A stretch of DNA of 64,000 bases, taken from positions 32,001 to 96,000 of the forward strand of contig JAZDJN010000016.1 of NCBI GenBank assembly GCA_043803945.1. Reading direction: 5' to 3'. Positions 50,771 through 60,686 of this stretch are shown piece after piece. A program made the translations under genes and the position numbers. Origin of the DNA: a bacterium. GTDB lineage: Bacteria > Bacteroidota > Ignavibacteria > UBA10030. Under the pieces are notes generated by a model. It was not told the DNA's origin, did no database searches, and was given only the letters and a program-made list of their open reading frames with translations. The stretch's first letter is position 1. Each line of letters opens with the position of its first letter.

Positions 50771-52294
50771 CTAGTACGATTGTCTTTGGTAAATCACGAC
50801 CTTCGCAGGCACATCAGCAGTTCGGTATTGATGCCAGGAGGGATCCTCCCGGTTTTCAAACGGAATATCGGGATAGGCTAGTTCTACCGGCTCATATTCC
50901 TGTTCGTTTAAAAAAGTAAGGAAATATTCTCTCACATCCTTCACCCTCGATGTAATATCATGCTTTCTGAGGATGATCCATCGCGCTGCTCTGCTTTCAG
51001 GCAGACTCTCACCGGTCAGTCCCCCTACGACTCTCATTCCTGTATAAAATTTTATTGGCATATCCTCATAGGTCACCGCAACAGTATCCTTGCTCGATCC
51101 ATGCGAATTCAGGTAAGTCACTATTCCCTCGATCGGACCGTCGTAGTCATGCGTAATCTCATACAGGTACTCCTGGATTGGATAGATTGAAAATGAAATA
51201 AGAGCAGCTATGACTCCGAGGACTATGTTCACTCTGATTGCATAATCAATACCAAGTGCGACGAAAAGAAGTATTACTGGAATCAACGGCCCAAGGTACC
51301 TGAAGAAAACAGCAACATTAAAGAATGAGAGAAGCAGTATTCCAAGGAGAATATAGAGAAGGAGGAGAATCACGCCATTTCTATAGACGCTTTGTGCTTC
51401 TGGTACCCGCTTTTTCCTTATGACCTGCACCATAAAAAGAATCAGCAGGAACAGGAGAAATGCATATGGTACGATATGCTTCAAGAGCAGGAGAACATAC
51501 TGAGGTAAGGAATCAGTCATCCCGATAAGTGTCATCATTTCGGGATAGACTGCGCGATAACTGATATCGCTCGTGTACAAAAGCCAGGGAACAACGAACA
51601 GGGTTGAGAGAATCAGGACGAGGAATGACCGGCGGAATGTTTTCCGATCGATGAAGAGTGAGTACAATGCCATTGTCGATGCAAGAATCAGATAGTTAAC
51701 ACTCTGAATATGAAAGTCGACTCCAAGGCAGAGCACCAACGCACTCATGGTTTCCCACTTCCCTCGTTTTACCACTGAGAGAAAGAGAGTCAATGTGAGG
51801 ACGGCAAAAAAGATCGATGGACTGTAATACCTGCATTGCTTTGAGAGCAGAATGAACGGCACACAGAGCATTAGTAAGAATGCGGTGAGAAAAGCAGTTC
51901 GAGTATTCACAATCTGCTTAGCGAGCAGATAGGTCATCAGGATCGTTCCGATACCGAACAATGCAAAGGGCAATCTCGCAGTCAAAGTACTGACACCGAA
52001 GAGTTTAAAGAATCCGGCTAAAATATAGAACGTGAGCCAGGGATGCCATTTGTAAATACGGTCACTGCCAAACTCTGCCCCCTCTTCCTGCGACAAAGAA
52101 TTACGCCCATCATGGCCGAGGGGAATTCCATGATCAAGCACAGTCTGAGCAATTAACGCAGTCTGAGCCTCATCTTGCCAGAGATAGTGGTTGCCGAGAT
52201 TGAGAAGGAAGAGAAAGGAGGAGATGATGAGTAGAAGTGCGATCGCTGCGATTTCAAGCCACTTCGTATTTACCCACTTCTGTGCGATCATCAT
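50771..52294 (-). CDS. GT-C fold glycosyltransferase (GT39/ArnT-like)
   Basis: LWQDEA, HPWL, ARLPFALFG, CRYY; many TM helices. Confidence 0.82.
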   Translation of the reverse strand: MMIAQKWVNTKWLEIAAIALLLIISSFLFLLNLGNHYLWQDEAQTALIAQTVLDHGIPLGHDGRNSLSQEEGAEFGSDRIYKWHPWLTFYILAGFFKLFGVSTLTARLPFALFGIGTILMTYLLAKQIVNTRTAFLTAFLLMLCVPFILLSKQCRYYSPSIFFAVLTLTLFLSVVKRGKWETMSALVLCLGVDFHIQSVNYLILASTMALYSLFIDRKTFRRSFLVLILSTLFVVPWLLYTSDISYRAVYPEMMTLIGMTDSLPQYVLLLLKHIVPYAFLLFLLILFMVQVIRKKRVPEAQSVYRNGVILLLLYILLGILLLSFFNVAVFFRYLGPLIPVILLFVALGIDYAIRVNIVLGVIAALISFSIYPIQEYLYEITHDYDGPIEGIVTYLNSHGSSKDTVAVTYEDMPIKFYTGMRVVGGLTGESLPESRAARWIILRKHDITSRVKDVREYFLTFLNEQEYEPVELAYPDIPFENREDPSWHQYRTADVPAKVVIYQRQSY

Positions 52295-52336
52295 AGAAAG
52301 AGTATGTGTTCATTTTCCGGATTCTGTGGAATCGGA

Positions 52337-53674
52337 TCAATCATACAACTTCATCAATTCTGCATTATGGAAATAGTGCTTAACGATTTTCTCGGCTTCG
52401 TACCCGCGTGCTGCCATCACCGCAGCACCAATCTGGCAAAGACCGACTCCATGGCCCCATCCGGCACCGTGAAGAATAAATTTCAGAGGAGTACCGGTTG
52501 AATTCTTTTCCATGGTCACCACAAACGCCGAGCTATAGAGGTGGCTTTGTGAGAGCCACCGGCGGATTTCCAGTTCCTTTCCGACCACCAGCGTTCGGTT
52601 GGTACCCTCGATGCGTAGAGCATAAATTCTTCCGGAAGGCCCGCGTCGGACAGGAACAAGATTCAGGATGGTACCAAAATCGATTCCCGATTTCTTCCGA
52701 AGCATTTCTCGCAGCTCTTCCTGGGAATATTCGACCCTCCAGCGAAAGAAGTCTGATGTCTCCTGGTCAAATGAGGGAAGAACCTGCCGGAGGATCTCGC
52801 CGTCCGTCGTATTACAGAATGCCTCCGGAGAAGTACGAATCCAACGATCAGCTTCCTCTTCGGAGGCTATTGGTTTGTGAGGATTGACTGAATCCGAAAT
52901 AGAATGAAGATACGAAACAGGAGTATCTTCCCAGACATGTTCAAACTGTTCTGTCATCCCGCCGCACGCTTTATAGAATCGTGCATCGCATACCTTCCCC
53001 TCGTGCACAAGAAACAGTCCCCGCGTCGCCTCAACTGCATTTTCTGCCGCGCTCGAAATGATCTTCGTCACTCCCTGATACCGCTGACAATGGTCGTCGG
53101 CACAGACATCGAAGAGTGAGTGATCTTCGCGGTCATACCATCGGACAAGCTCAGAGTCCGTTTGAAATGAACGCTGCGGGAGTGCTCCGCCATGCTTCGC
53201 CAACCGTTCCTTCTCCAGCATCGCAACGAGCCAGCTTCGTGATGTGATGGCGTGAGCCTTGAGCAGTTCCAGGGGTGCTTCCGCGCTCATTTCGGAAGAA
53301 ATCACACTTTTGAGATATTGTTCAAGTCTAACGGTATTGATTGCTGTGAGTAAGTCATCATCACGGAGGAGGAGCTCGAGATCACCTTCGAAAATCTGAT
53401 CTTCTTTACGTTCCCAATGAAAATGGACACCGATCGTGACACTCTGCAGCAGAAATTTTGATCCCCTCGCAGCGATGCAGAGAATGGACTGACCTCGCAT
53501 CACTTCAACCTCTTCATCATCAAGAAGTATCAAGTTTCCCTGTTCCACGATTGCCCGAAAGGAGCCCTGAAGTGTCACAGAATTCGGCAATGTGTATCTG
53601 CCATCGAATCGGCCAGTGACATACGGTTCATGTTCAAAGATTCCGATACGAATGATTGGTTCCTGGTTCAGCAT
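52337..53674 (-). CDS. SpoIID/LytB-domain lytic transglycosylase-like protein
   Basis: LEQYLKSVISSEMS, LLKAHAITSRS, VCADDHCQRYQG, GAGWGHGVGLCQIGA. Confidence 0.92.
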   Translation of the reverse strand: MLNQEPIIRIGIFEHEPYVTGRFDGRYTLPNSVTLQGSFRAIVEQGNLILLDDEEVEVMRGQSILCIAARGSKFLLQSVTIGVHFHWERKEDQIFEGDLELLLRDDDLLTAINTVRLEQYLKSVISSEMSAEAPLELLKAHAITSRSWLVAMLEKERLAKHGGALPQRSFQTDSELVRWYDREDHSLFDVCADDHCQRYQGVTKIISSAAENAVEATRGLFLVHEGKVCDARFYKACGGMTEQFEHVWEDTPVSYLHSISDSVNPHKPIASEEEADRWIRTSPEAFCNTTDGEILRQVLPSFDQETSDFFRWRVEYSQEELREMLRKKSGIDFGTILNLVPVRRGPSGRIYALRIEGTNRTLVVGKELEIRRWLSQSHLYSSAFVVTMEKNSTGTPLKFILHGAGWGHGVGLCQIGAAVMAARGYEAEKIVKHYFHNAELMKLYD

Positions 53675-53681
53675 TGGTCTC

Positions 53682-54704
53682 TCATCTACGAATTCGTTGG
53701 ACAACCTGATCAAGTGTTTCCCGCCTGATGCTTACCTCCTCAAAGATGGAAAGAAGCATTGCTTTATCGACACTCTCAAAATCTTTTTCGCGGGGTGTGA
53801 CCACCAGCCCGCCGATATCAACTGCTGCAGGACTGATGAGAATATTTTCCTGCTCTCCTTTAAAATAAATATCGGGACGATGCTTTGTCCGGGGAATGAT
53901 GATGACACGCCAGCGTTGATCTGCGTAGGAGCAGATAAGATTCATCAAGGGTTCTTCCGTCACACCTGTCACGAAGCGAAGCGCGTCAACAATTCTTTTT
54001 AGCATGGCTTCGAGAAGGACAGGGTCTGACGATTCGACGGCAAGAATTTGTCGGTGATATTTTTTCAATGTCACAACCGTGATGGTGTCGGAAGCAAATA
54101 AGAGTTCACGTCCCTCGGCTGCGAGGATATCCCGTTCGAGCGGGATTGATCCCGACGGATTTGCCTGGAAGTGCATGTGATCTGGCGCGGAAGCTCCGCA
54201 CTTAGGTCCATTATAGAATAGGGAACAGAGCGGGCTCAATTCTTTTGCAAGCTGCAGGAATGAAGTGAAATGCGATTTAATAGTCTGCGGAGTATGGTTG
54301 ATATGCGAAATGGTGTAATGCCTCTGAAAAATTGGCGCCGGATTACATAACAGGAGGAAGGTCCCGTTGTAAAGAATCCCCTTCTGTTCAGGAGGCAGAT
54401 GGGGAACACAGAGAAAGCATCGTCGCTGGCTGATGGTTTTGGCATCGACCTTCGCACTCGTGCTGACAATTCTTCCAGGATTGAACTGGAGGAAGACCGA
54501 ATAGTATCCGCATGGAAACTCTCTGAGTTTTATTGAAGAGAGCGATGCATAACCCGAGATGAGCTGCGGCCACGTCTGTTGCTGCTGGGCGAGCAAGAGC
54601 AACGCCAGCTCTGTCAGCGATGGTCCAGGTGAATACGAAGTATATTGTGCAAATACCTTCTCTGCGCTTACGGGCAAGATGCCGGGCTGATTCTCTTGTG
54701 TCAT
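53682..54704 (-). CDS. DUF4922 protein (HIT-like nucleotide-sugar phosphorylase fold)
   Basis: QFNPGRIVSTSAKVD, RRCFLC, YNGPKCGASAPDHMHFQ, ISPAAVDIGG. Confidence 0.85.
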   Translation of the reverse strand: MTQENQPGILPVSAEKVFAQYTSYSPGPSLTELALLLLAQQQQTWPQLISGYASLSSIKLREFPCGYYSVFLQFNPGRIVSTSAKVDAKTISQRRCFLCVPHLPPEQKGILYNGTFLLLCNPAPIFQRHYTISHINHTPQTIKSHFTSFLQLAKELSPLCSLFYNGPKCGASAPDHMHFQANPSGSIPLERDILAAEGRELLFASDTITVVTLKKYHRQILAVESSDPVLLEAMLKRIVDALRFVTGVTEEPLMNLICSYADQRWRVIIIPRTKHRPDIYFKGEQENILISPAAVDIGGLVVTPREKDFESVDKAMLLSIFEEVSIRRETLDQVVQRIRR

Positions 54705-54709
54705 CCGTA

Positions 54710-55228
54710 TTACTTCGATTCGAGCAGCTTCTCCACCGGCACATATCCGATATGATGCCCGACGGTGGAATTGCCCATGGTGAACGGTTCAATCCGGGTG
54801 GAGACATAGCCCATCTTTTTGTACCAATCGAGCGCCTGGGTATTCTGCACCATAACACCTACCCAAATTTTATTGAGATTGAATTTCTTTGCCTCTCCGG
54901 CAGCCACTTTCATAAATTCAATTCCCAATCCCATCGATTGGTAATCCGGCAGGACATAGAGAGAGGAAACGTAGTAGCGATTCTCTTCGGAGTCATGGAT
55001 AGTCCGCATAAATCCGACTACCTTCCCCTCCACCTCTGCCACAAAACCATCCACGGTAGGATTGTTGAATAACTTCTTCACCGAATCCAGATCGTAGTGC
55101 TCGGAAAAATATGACTTGAGATCCGTTTCGGGGATAAACGACGAATAGGATTTTACCCAGGTCATCCAGAGTACATCCTGAATGGTTGTAAGATCGTTTA
55201 GCGTCCATCGACGAACACGTTGTGCCAT
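54710..55228 (-). CDS. GNAT-family N-acetyltransferase
   Basis: FVAEVEGKVVGF, LYVLPDYQSMGLG, N..ALDWYKKMGY. Confidence 0.9.
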   Translation of the reverse strand: MAQRVRRWTLNDLTTIQDVLWMTWVKSYSSFIPETDLKSYFSEHYDLDSVKKLFNNPTVDGFVAEVEGKVVGFMRTIHDSEENRYYVSSLYVLPDYQSMGLGIEFMKVAAGEAKKFNLNKIWVGVMVQNTQALDWYKKMGYVSTRIEPFTMGNSTVGHHIGYVPVEKLLESK

Positions 55229-55229
55229 G

Positions 55230-56702
55230 CTAGACTCCTTGTCGATTCAATTGTTGACGTGCGTACATCTCGATTGTTCGAATTTTATCCTTATAAAAAT
55301 CATTTCGATTAATTTTCTCTATTGGAAGTGCAGCGTCGGTATTCCCCTCCCAACGGCGGCAGAGATAGACCGGTTCGTAGATTCGGCCGATTTGATATTC
55401 ACGGGAGAGCCGGAGAGCAACGGCATAATCTTCTCCATAGCTGACATTTGGCAGGAGAATGGTCCTGAGCAGAGCGGTATTGAATGCCCGTGGTGCACCC
55501 AGGCCGTTGATACGGAGTGCATTGTTCCGGCCATTGTCCGGCGTCCATTCTTTATGATCGATGATACCCGGCGGAATCTCTTCGAGCTTGATATTCACAA
55601 GCCTGTAAGAACCAATCACCATCGCATATTCTCCACTCCGGAAAGCGTTGAGAATTTTCTGGAGTGTATCGGGGCCGCTGTAAATATCATCGGAGTCCAA
55701 CTGGACCGCAAATTTTCCACAATGGCCGGAGAGTACAGCCTCATTCCAGCATCCGCCGATACCAAGATCCTGTCGAGAAGGAATGAGATGCTTGACGATT
55801 GGATTCTTCGCCGCAAGCTCCCGGAGAATTCCGGGTGTACCATCTGTCGAATGGTTGTCGACAACCAGAATATTAAAGGACGCATCCAATTGTTGGGTGA
55901 GAATGCTCTGAACGGCATCCGCTACAGTCTTCTCCCGATTCCGAACCGGGATGATGACGCTGACCTCAATAGGAAACGATGTTGTGCTGACAGGTACGTT
56001 TTTAAACTCCGGTTTCAGGTAGACACTGCAATTCTTCAGGTGTTGTGTGGCAACAACTTCCATCTCTTTCTGCAGGGCCTGATTGCGAGGATCGACATAA
56101 TCAAATAATTTCTCACCCGAGATTCGCAGGTCGGATTCAACCTTGGTGTAAAGATATTCCTGGATGTGGAAGAGAGAATGATCAAGCGTAACTTTGAGGC
56201 GAAGATCATAGAGACCGGCAAACTGAACCTTAGTGATGGCACCGTACCGTTCAAGCGAACGCCGGATGGCAGGCATTGAATAACAGAGCATCGATCCAAA
56301 ATCGAAGTTATCCCGGATACTGCCAAACTGGTAGTCATTCACCGGGTGTTCTGAGCGGACTCCATTCTTGATCTCATAGTAATCTGCATAGCACATACCT
56401 GCCCCGGTCTGCGCAAGGACATCGCTGATGCGTTCCAGAGCCGCCTGTCCGAGTTGAATTTCATGAGGCTGTGTCACAAGCAACAGATACTCTGTCTTGC
56501 ATCGTGCAATAATTTCATTGACAACTGCTTCGGAGCTTATCGATGTCGAATGCACGCCTTCGCATTTTGGATGTTGACCTGTCTCTTGACCCGAGTGTAG
56601 GATTAAAACCTTTTCCACGAGCTCCGATTGTGTAAACTGTTTGACGGTCTCTGCAAAGTGAGGATGTGTTGAAAATGGCAGTGAGACGGTAATGTTGTTC
56701 AT
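55230..56702 (-). CDS. GT2 glycosyltransferase (two-domain)
   Basis: [14 protein letters not shown]; [43 protein letters not shown]. Confidence 0.9.
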   Translation of the reverse strand: MNNITVSLPFSTHPHFAETVKQFTQSELVEKVLILHSGQETGQHPKCEGVHSTSISSEAVVNEIIARCKTEYLLLVTQPHEIQLGQAALERISDVLAQTGAGMCYADYYEIKNGVRSEHPVNDYQFGSIRDNFDFGSMLCYSMPAIRRSLERYGAITKVQFAGLYDLRLKVTLDHSLFHIQEYLYTKVESDLRISGEKLFDYVDPRNQALQKEMEVVATQHLKNCSVYLKPEFKNVPVSTTSFPIEVSVIIPVRNREKTVADAVQSILTQQLDASFNILVVDNHSTDGTPGILRELAAKNPIVKHLIPSRQDLGIGGCWNEAVLSGHCGKFAVQLDSDDIYSGPDTLQKILNAFRSGEYAMVIGSYRLVNIKLEEIPPGIIDHKEWTPDNGRNNALRINGLGAPRAFNTALLRTILLPNVSYGEDYAVALRLSREYQIGRIYEPVYLCRRWEGNTDAALPIEKINRNDFYKDKIRTIEMYARQQLNRQGV

Positions 56703-57643
56703 GATCTCTTTCCAAGATTTTGCATTGCAAGCAACACTGCCCCGTACACCGGTGGAGTCTGTGGTTTGATTATTGAAACCTGAGGAAAACTGGTTGTGAT
56801 ACAATTGAAGAGAATAGTCGAAAGCAAATTATCGGTACTGGCAACACTGCCGATGAAAGCGAGCGAAACGGGAGAAGCACTCCCTGCTTTTCCCTGAACC
56901 GTGGTCAGTAATGCACGCACATGTTCTGTAAGGTCAGAGACAGCGTTATTCAGGATACGTGCTGCGATGACATCGTGTTGTTCAGCCGCTTTAATAACGA
57001 GAGGGGCGATGGAGGCGATATCGAAGAAATCACGATAGACCGCATGAATAATCGATACCTGATCCGAGAGTTTGAATTTTCTGGACACCATACCGGTTAA
57101 TATTGTTGATGCGCCGCGCCCATCGAGATGTTTTGTCACTGCATTCAAAGCTTCGCGGCCAAGGGTGTATCCACTTCCCTCGTCACCAAGGATTCTCCCC
57201 CACCCTCCTGTACGATGGATGGTTCCTTTTCCATCTTTCCCAAAAGCAATTGAGCCGGTTCCGGCAATTAATATGATCCCCGGATTACCCTTGAAGGCTC
57301 CTTCGAGAGCGATACGAGCGTCACTTTCGATAGCAACGTTTTTCAGTGAGATCCCGGATTTTCGAAGTTCCTTAAGAAATCCTTTTCTCATCCGTTCCTC
57401 ATCCACATCGCGGCCGGCACCGGTCAATCCGGCCACCACACTGCGAATGTCTTTGATTTCACAGCGCTCTTGCTTCGCACAGCGCAGTATAAGGTTGACA
57501 AGAACCTGGGCTGCTTTTTCGACTCCAATGATCTGGAAGTTTGATGGACCCAGAGTCTCTGCCGCCAAAACAGTCCCATGCTCGTCGGACAGTGCGGCAA
57601 TCGTTTTAGTACCGCCGCCATCCATCCCTATGACGTACTTCAT
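56699..57643 (-). CDS. BadF/BadG/BcrA/BcrD-type N-acetylglucosamine/MurNAc kinase
   Basis: [40 protein letters not shown]. Confidence 0.88.
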   Translation of the reverse strand: MKYVIGMDGGGTKTIAALSDEHGTVLAAETLGPSNFQIIGVEKAAQVLVNLILRCAKQERCEIKDIRSVVAGLTGAGRDVDEERMRKGFLKELRKSGISLKNVAIESDARIALEGAFKGNPGIILIAGTGSIAFGKDGKGTIHRTGGWGRILGDEGSGYTLGREALNAVTKHLDGRGASTILTGMVSRKFKLSDQVSIIHAVYRDFFDIASIAPLVIKAAEQHDVIAARILNNAVSDLTEHVRALLTTVQGKAGSASPVSLAFIGSVASTDNLLSTILFNCITTSFPQVSIIKPQTPPVYGAVLLAMQNLGKRS

Positions 57644-57818
57644 GTTTTCTCCAAATTTAACCCCGATGAAAGTAGGCAGATTTGGAGGGAAAAGCAAGAA
57701 TATCACCAGGAACATTGGGAGAGAATTTGGCAATAAATCATTTTGTGCTTAGGGATTTTTTATTTACTTTGCGTCGCAAAAAAATATCAAGTCATCCCAA
57801 TTATTCACCGGAGTTAGA

Positions 57819-58304
57819 ATGAATCCCTATCGTTTGCTTGCTGCATTTGTCCTAGCGTTTCTCATCATCACAACCGTTTTTTCCCAATCAAATCCAAAAG
57901 CAAAAGACTTCGCCTTAAAAGATCAGGATGGAAAAGTCATTAAGCTATCAGATTACAAAAGCAAAGTAGTTATCGTAAATTTTTGGGCAACATGGTGCGG
58001 GCCCTGCATCAAGGAAATCCCCGACTTCGTCAATGCCTATCAAAAATATAAAGCAAAAGGAGTAGAAATAATCGGTGTCGCCACGGACAAAGAGGGTTGG
58101 ACGGTGGTAAAATCCTTCGTCAAGAAAAATAAAATCATCTACCCTATCGTACTCACAACTGCTCAATATGCTGCTGAATACGATAATATCACAGGTATAC
58201 CCACAACCTATTTTATCGATAAACAGGGGAATGTTGCCAATAAAAAAGTAGGCTCACTGTCGATGGAAGAGCTGGAGAAATTGATTTATCCTTTGCTGAA
58301 GTAA
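57819..58304 (+). CDS. TlpA-family disulfide reductase
   Basis: Signal peptide, VNFWATWCGPC, GIPTTYFID. Confidence 0.92.
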   Translation: MNPYRLLAAFVLAFLIITTVFSQSNPKAKDFALKDQDGKVIKLSDYKSKVVIVNFWATWCGPCIKEIPDFVNAYQKYKAKGVEIIGVATDKEGWTVVKSFVKKNKIIYPIVLTTAQYAAEYDNITGIPTTYFIDKQGNVANKKVGSLSMEELEKLIYPLLK

Positions 58305-58320
58305 TCATCCAGTCTAATTC

Positions 58321-60132
58321 TTGATCAAGACATTCAAAAATCGTATAAAGCTCTTACCACTGGCAGTGCTTTTATCTTTGCCCTTGGTACCAGGTATGCT
58401 TCTGGCTCAAGGAACCACTGAGTCAGTACTTGCTGTCGATTCCAAGCTTTCGGTTGAGAATATACCGGTGGGAGCGGAATTCAATGTGGTTATCATACTC
58501 AAGGTTGCCAAGGAATTCCACATCAACTCGCATACTCCCACCTATGATTACCTGATTCCGACCGGACTGGAGCTTGAGCAGAAAAAAAATATCATTCTCG
58601 TCGATCTTACCTATCCGAAGGGTAACACCGTCCAATTCGAATTTGCCGAAAAACCTCTCGATGTGTATGAAGAAACAGTGACGATATTTCTCACCTTGAA
58701 ATTATCGGCTAATGCGAAACCTGGAATGGATACCCTCAGGGCAACCGTATTAGCTCAGGCTTGCAACGATCAGACTTGCCTTCCTCCCGGCACCATAAAC
58801 GCAGCAATTCCTCTTACGATCGTCGATAAAAAAGAAAAGCCTGCACTCATTAATAAGGAGCTGTTTCGGAATTATGAATCGATGGGAAGCGCCTCCGGTG
58901 GAGCATCACCAAGAGGCCCCTCCAATGAGATAGCGAAACTTTTCGATGAGCAGGGCAGCTTCGCCGCTTTTATCGCGATCTTCCTTATCGGCCTTGCATT
59001 GAATTTGACACCATGTGTTTATCCCATGCTCTCCGTTACTGTCTCGTTGTTTGGCAGTCAAACCGAAACGAACTACGCCAGGGTTTTTCTCAAAGCAGTG
59101 GCGTACGTTCTCGGTATTATTTCGATGTACACCACATTGGGAGTCACAGCGGCGCTGAGCGGTTCACTGTTTGGAAGCTGGCTGCAAAGTCCATGGGTAC
59201 TCGGTGGAATTGGAATACTTCTCATCGGATTATCATTGAGCAGCCTTGGTGTATATCGAATCCAATTGCCGTACTGGCTCACGAGCAGATTGGGTGGAAC
59301 CACTGGAACCGGATCGCTCAGCCTGTTCATCTCAGGCCTTGTCGTTGGAGTCTTTGCCGCACCTTGCATCGGGCCTCCAGTCATCGCCCTTCTTACATTT
59401 GTCGGATCGAGAGCGGATATCGTCCTGGGCTTCTGGATTTTTCTCACACTCTCTCTGGGACTTAGCCTACCCTATCTCATCCTTGGTACATTCTCCAACC
59501 TGATAAAAAAAATCCCCCGCTCCGGTGGATGGCTGATCTGGGTTGAGCGGTTATTTGGTGTAATTCTCAGTGCTGCCGGCATTTTTTATTTTGCACTCGC
59601 ATTCGCTCCTTCAATCTCTTCCACTATTATTCCGTTGGTCTTCATCATCGGTGGAATTTACCTGGGATTTTTTGAGAAATCGGGCCAGGAGAAGAAACGG
59701 TTGACGTTCTTCAAGTGGGCTTTTGGAATTATTGCGATCCTCTTTGGCTTATACCTCGGTGCAGGACTTTTGCGTCCGGGAATGCAGTGGGAAGCCTTCA
59801 GTGATGAGAAGATTGCAGAAGCTCGATCGAGCAAACAACCTGTGATGATGGACTTCTATGCGGATTGGTGCCTGCCCTGCAAGGAATTGGAGCTTAACAC
59901 ATTCAAGGATTCATCCGTCATTGCAATGACACAGGGCATCAAACGATTGAAGGTTAATCTCACGCTCTTCGACTCGCCCGAGGCAGAGGCACTTCGGAAG
60001 AAATATTCGATCGCCGGTGTACCGACAATCCTTTTCCTGGGGCCTGAGGGATTGGAAGTACCAGGATCGAGGGTCGTTGGATTCCTGCCACCGAATAAAT
60101 TTAACGAGAAAATTAAGCTCGTAACAAAGTAA
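58321..60132 (+). CDS. dsbD: Protein-disulfide reductase DsbD
   Basis: QACNDQTCLPP; LTPCVYPM, AAPCIGP; DFYADWCLPCK. Confidence 0.93.
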   Translation: MIKTFKNRIKLLPLAVLLSLPLVPGMLLAQGTTESVLAVDSKLSVENIPVGAEFNVVIILKVAKEFHINSHTPTYDYLIPTGLELEQKKNIILVDLTYPKGNTVQFEFAEKPLDVYEETVTIFLTLKLSANAKPGMDTLRATVLAQACNDQTCLPPGTINAAIPLTIVDKKEKPALINKELFRNYESMGSASGGASPRGPSNEIAKLFDEQGSFAAFIAIFLIGLALNLTPCVYPMLSVTVSLFGSQTETNYARVFLKAVAYVLGIISMYTTLGVTAALSGSLFGSWLQSPWVLGGIGILLIGLSLSSLGVYRIQLPYWLTSRLGGTTGTGSLSLFISGLVVGVFAAPCIGPPVIALLTFVGSRADIVLGFWIFLTLSLGLSLPYLILGTFSNLIKKIPRSGGWLIWVERLFGVILSAAGIFYFALAFAPSISSTIIPLVFIIGGIYLGFFEKSGQEKKRLTFFKWAFGIIAILFGLYLGAGLLRPGMQWEAFSDEKIAEARSSKQPVMMDFYADWCLPCKELELNTFKDSSVIAMTQGIKRLKVNLTLFDSPEAEALRKKYSIAGVPTILFLGPEGLEVPGSRVVGFLPPNKFNEKIKLVTK

Positions 60133-60162
60133 CAAAAGTCATTTCCGAGATTTTTTCTTTCA

Positions 60163-60384
60163 TTCAAATCGTTTTTTGATGAAGTACATCAACGTTATAT
60201 CCCATCGAAATCGATCATCCTTATCAATGGGTCCGAAGCGACAGAGTATTGGAAGAGAGTCCATCCATTTTTTGTCAACCTGCAGCCTATCGATGGTAAG
60301 CCTACGGCCTTTGTCTGTGAAAATTACACCTGTCACTTGCCTGCGAATGATCACAAGGTTTTCTCTCGATTGCTCGATTCCTGA
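60163..60384 (+). pseudogene. C-terminal remnant of a YyaL/SSP411-like thioredoxin-domain protein
   Basis: Manual translation FDEVHQRYIPSKSIILI...IDGKPTAFVCENYTCHLP...LLDS*; no start codon. Confidence 0.65.
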
Positions 60385-60443
60385 AATTCCATTCTATTCA
60401 TTTGATATTCGGGAGCGGAGCTCCCTTAAAACATTTATTTAGT

Positions 60444-60468
60444 TGCGAGTGAGTTCTACTCACGAGCA
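60444..60468. repeat. REP-like palindrome (second copy at 63722-63746)
   Basis: tgcgagtgagttctactcacgagca. Confidence 0.8.
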
Positions 60469-60613
60469 TTCGAGGGTGTTATAGCAATTCAAACTGATGG
60501 CTCTCCAGGCATTACCGATCTGATGGTTTTAGAAGACCGGTCCGCTTAGTTGTTAAGTGGAATTCCCACATCGTGAATCCCGTCCATTTATTTTTCACTT
60601 TATCACACAACAC

Positions 60614-60642
60614 TTGAATTACCATTGAGAGAGTCGTACTTT
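60614..60642 (+). promoter_or_regulatory. Putative sigma70 promoter for the serpin gene
   Basis: TTGAAT-N17-TACTTT. Confidence 0.5.
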
Positions 60643-60686
60643 GGATACAGGAAATTCATGTCCTACCTTGAACGAAAGGTACTCCT

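Noticed and set aside
55182-56108. 308-aa plus-strand ORF, and similar long ORFs over ppdK, queA, moeA and the kinase
   Set aside because: Antisense shadows of well-supported genes, with no motifs of their own.
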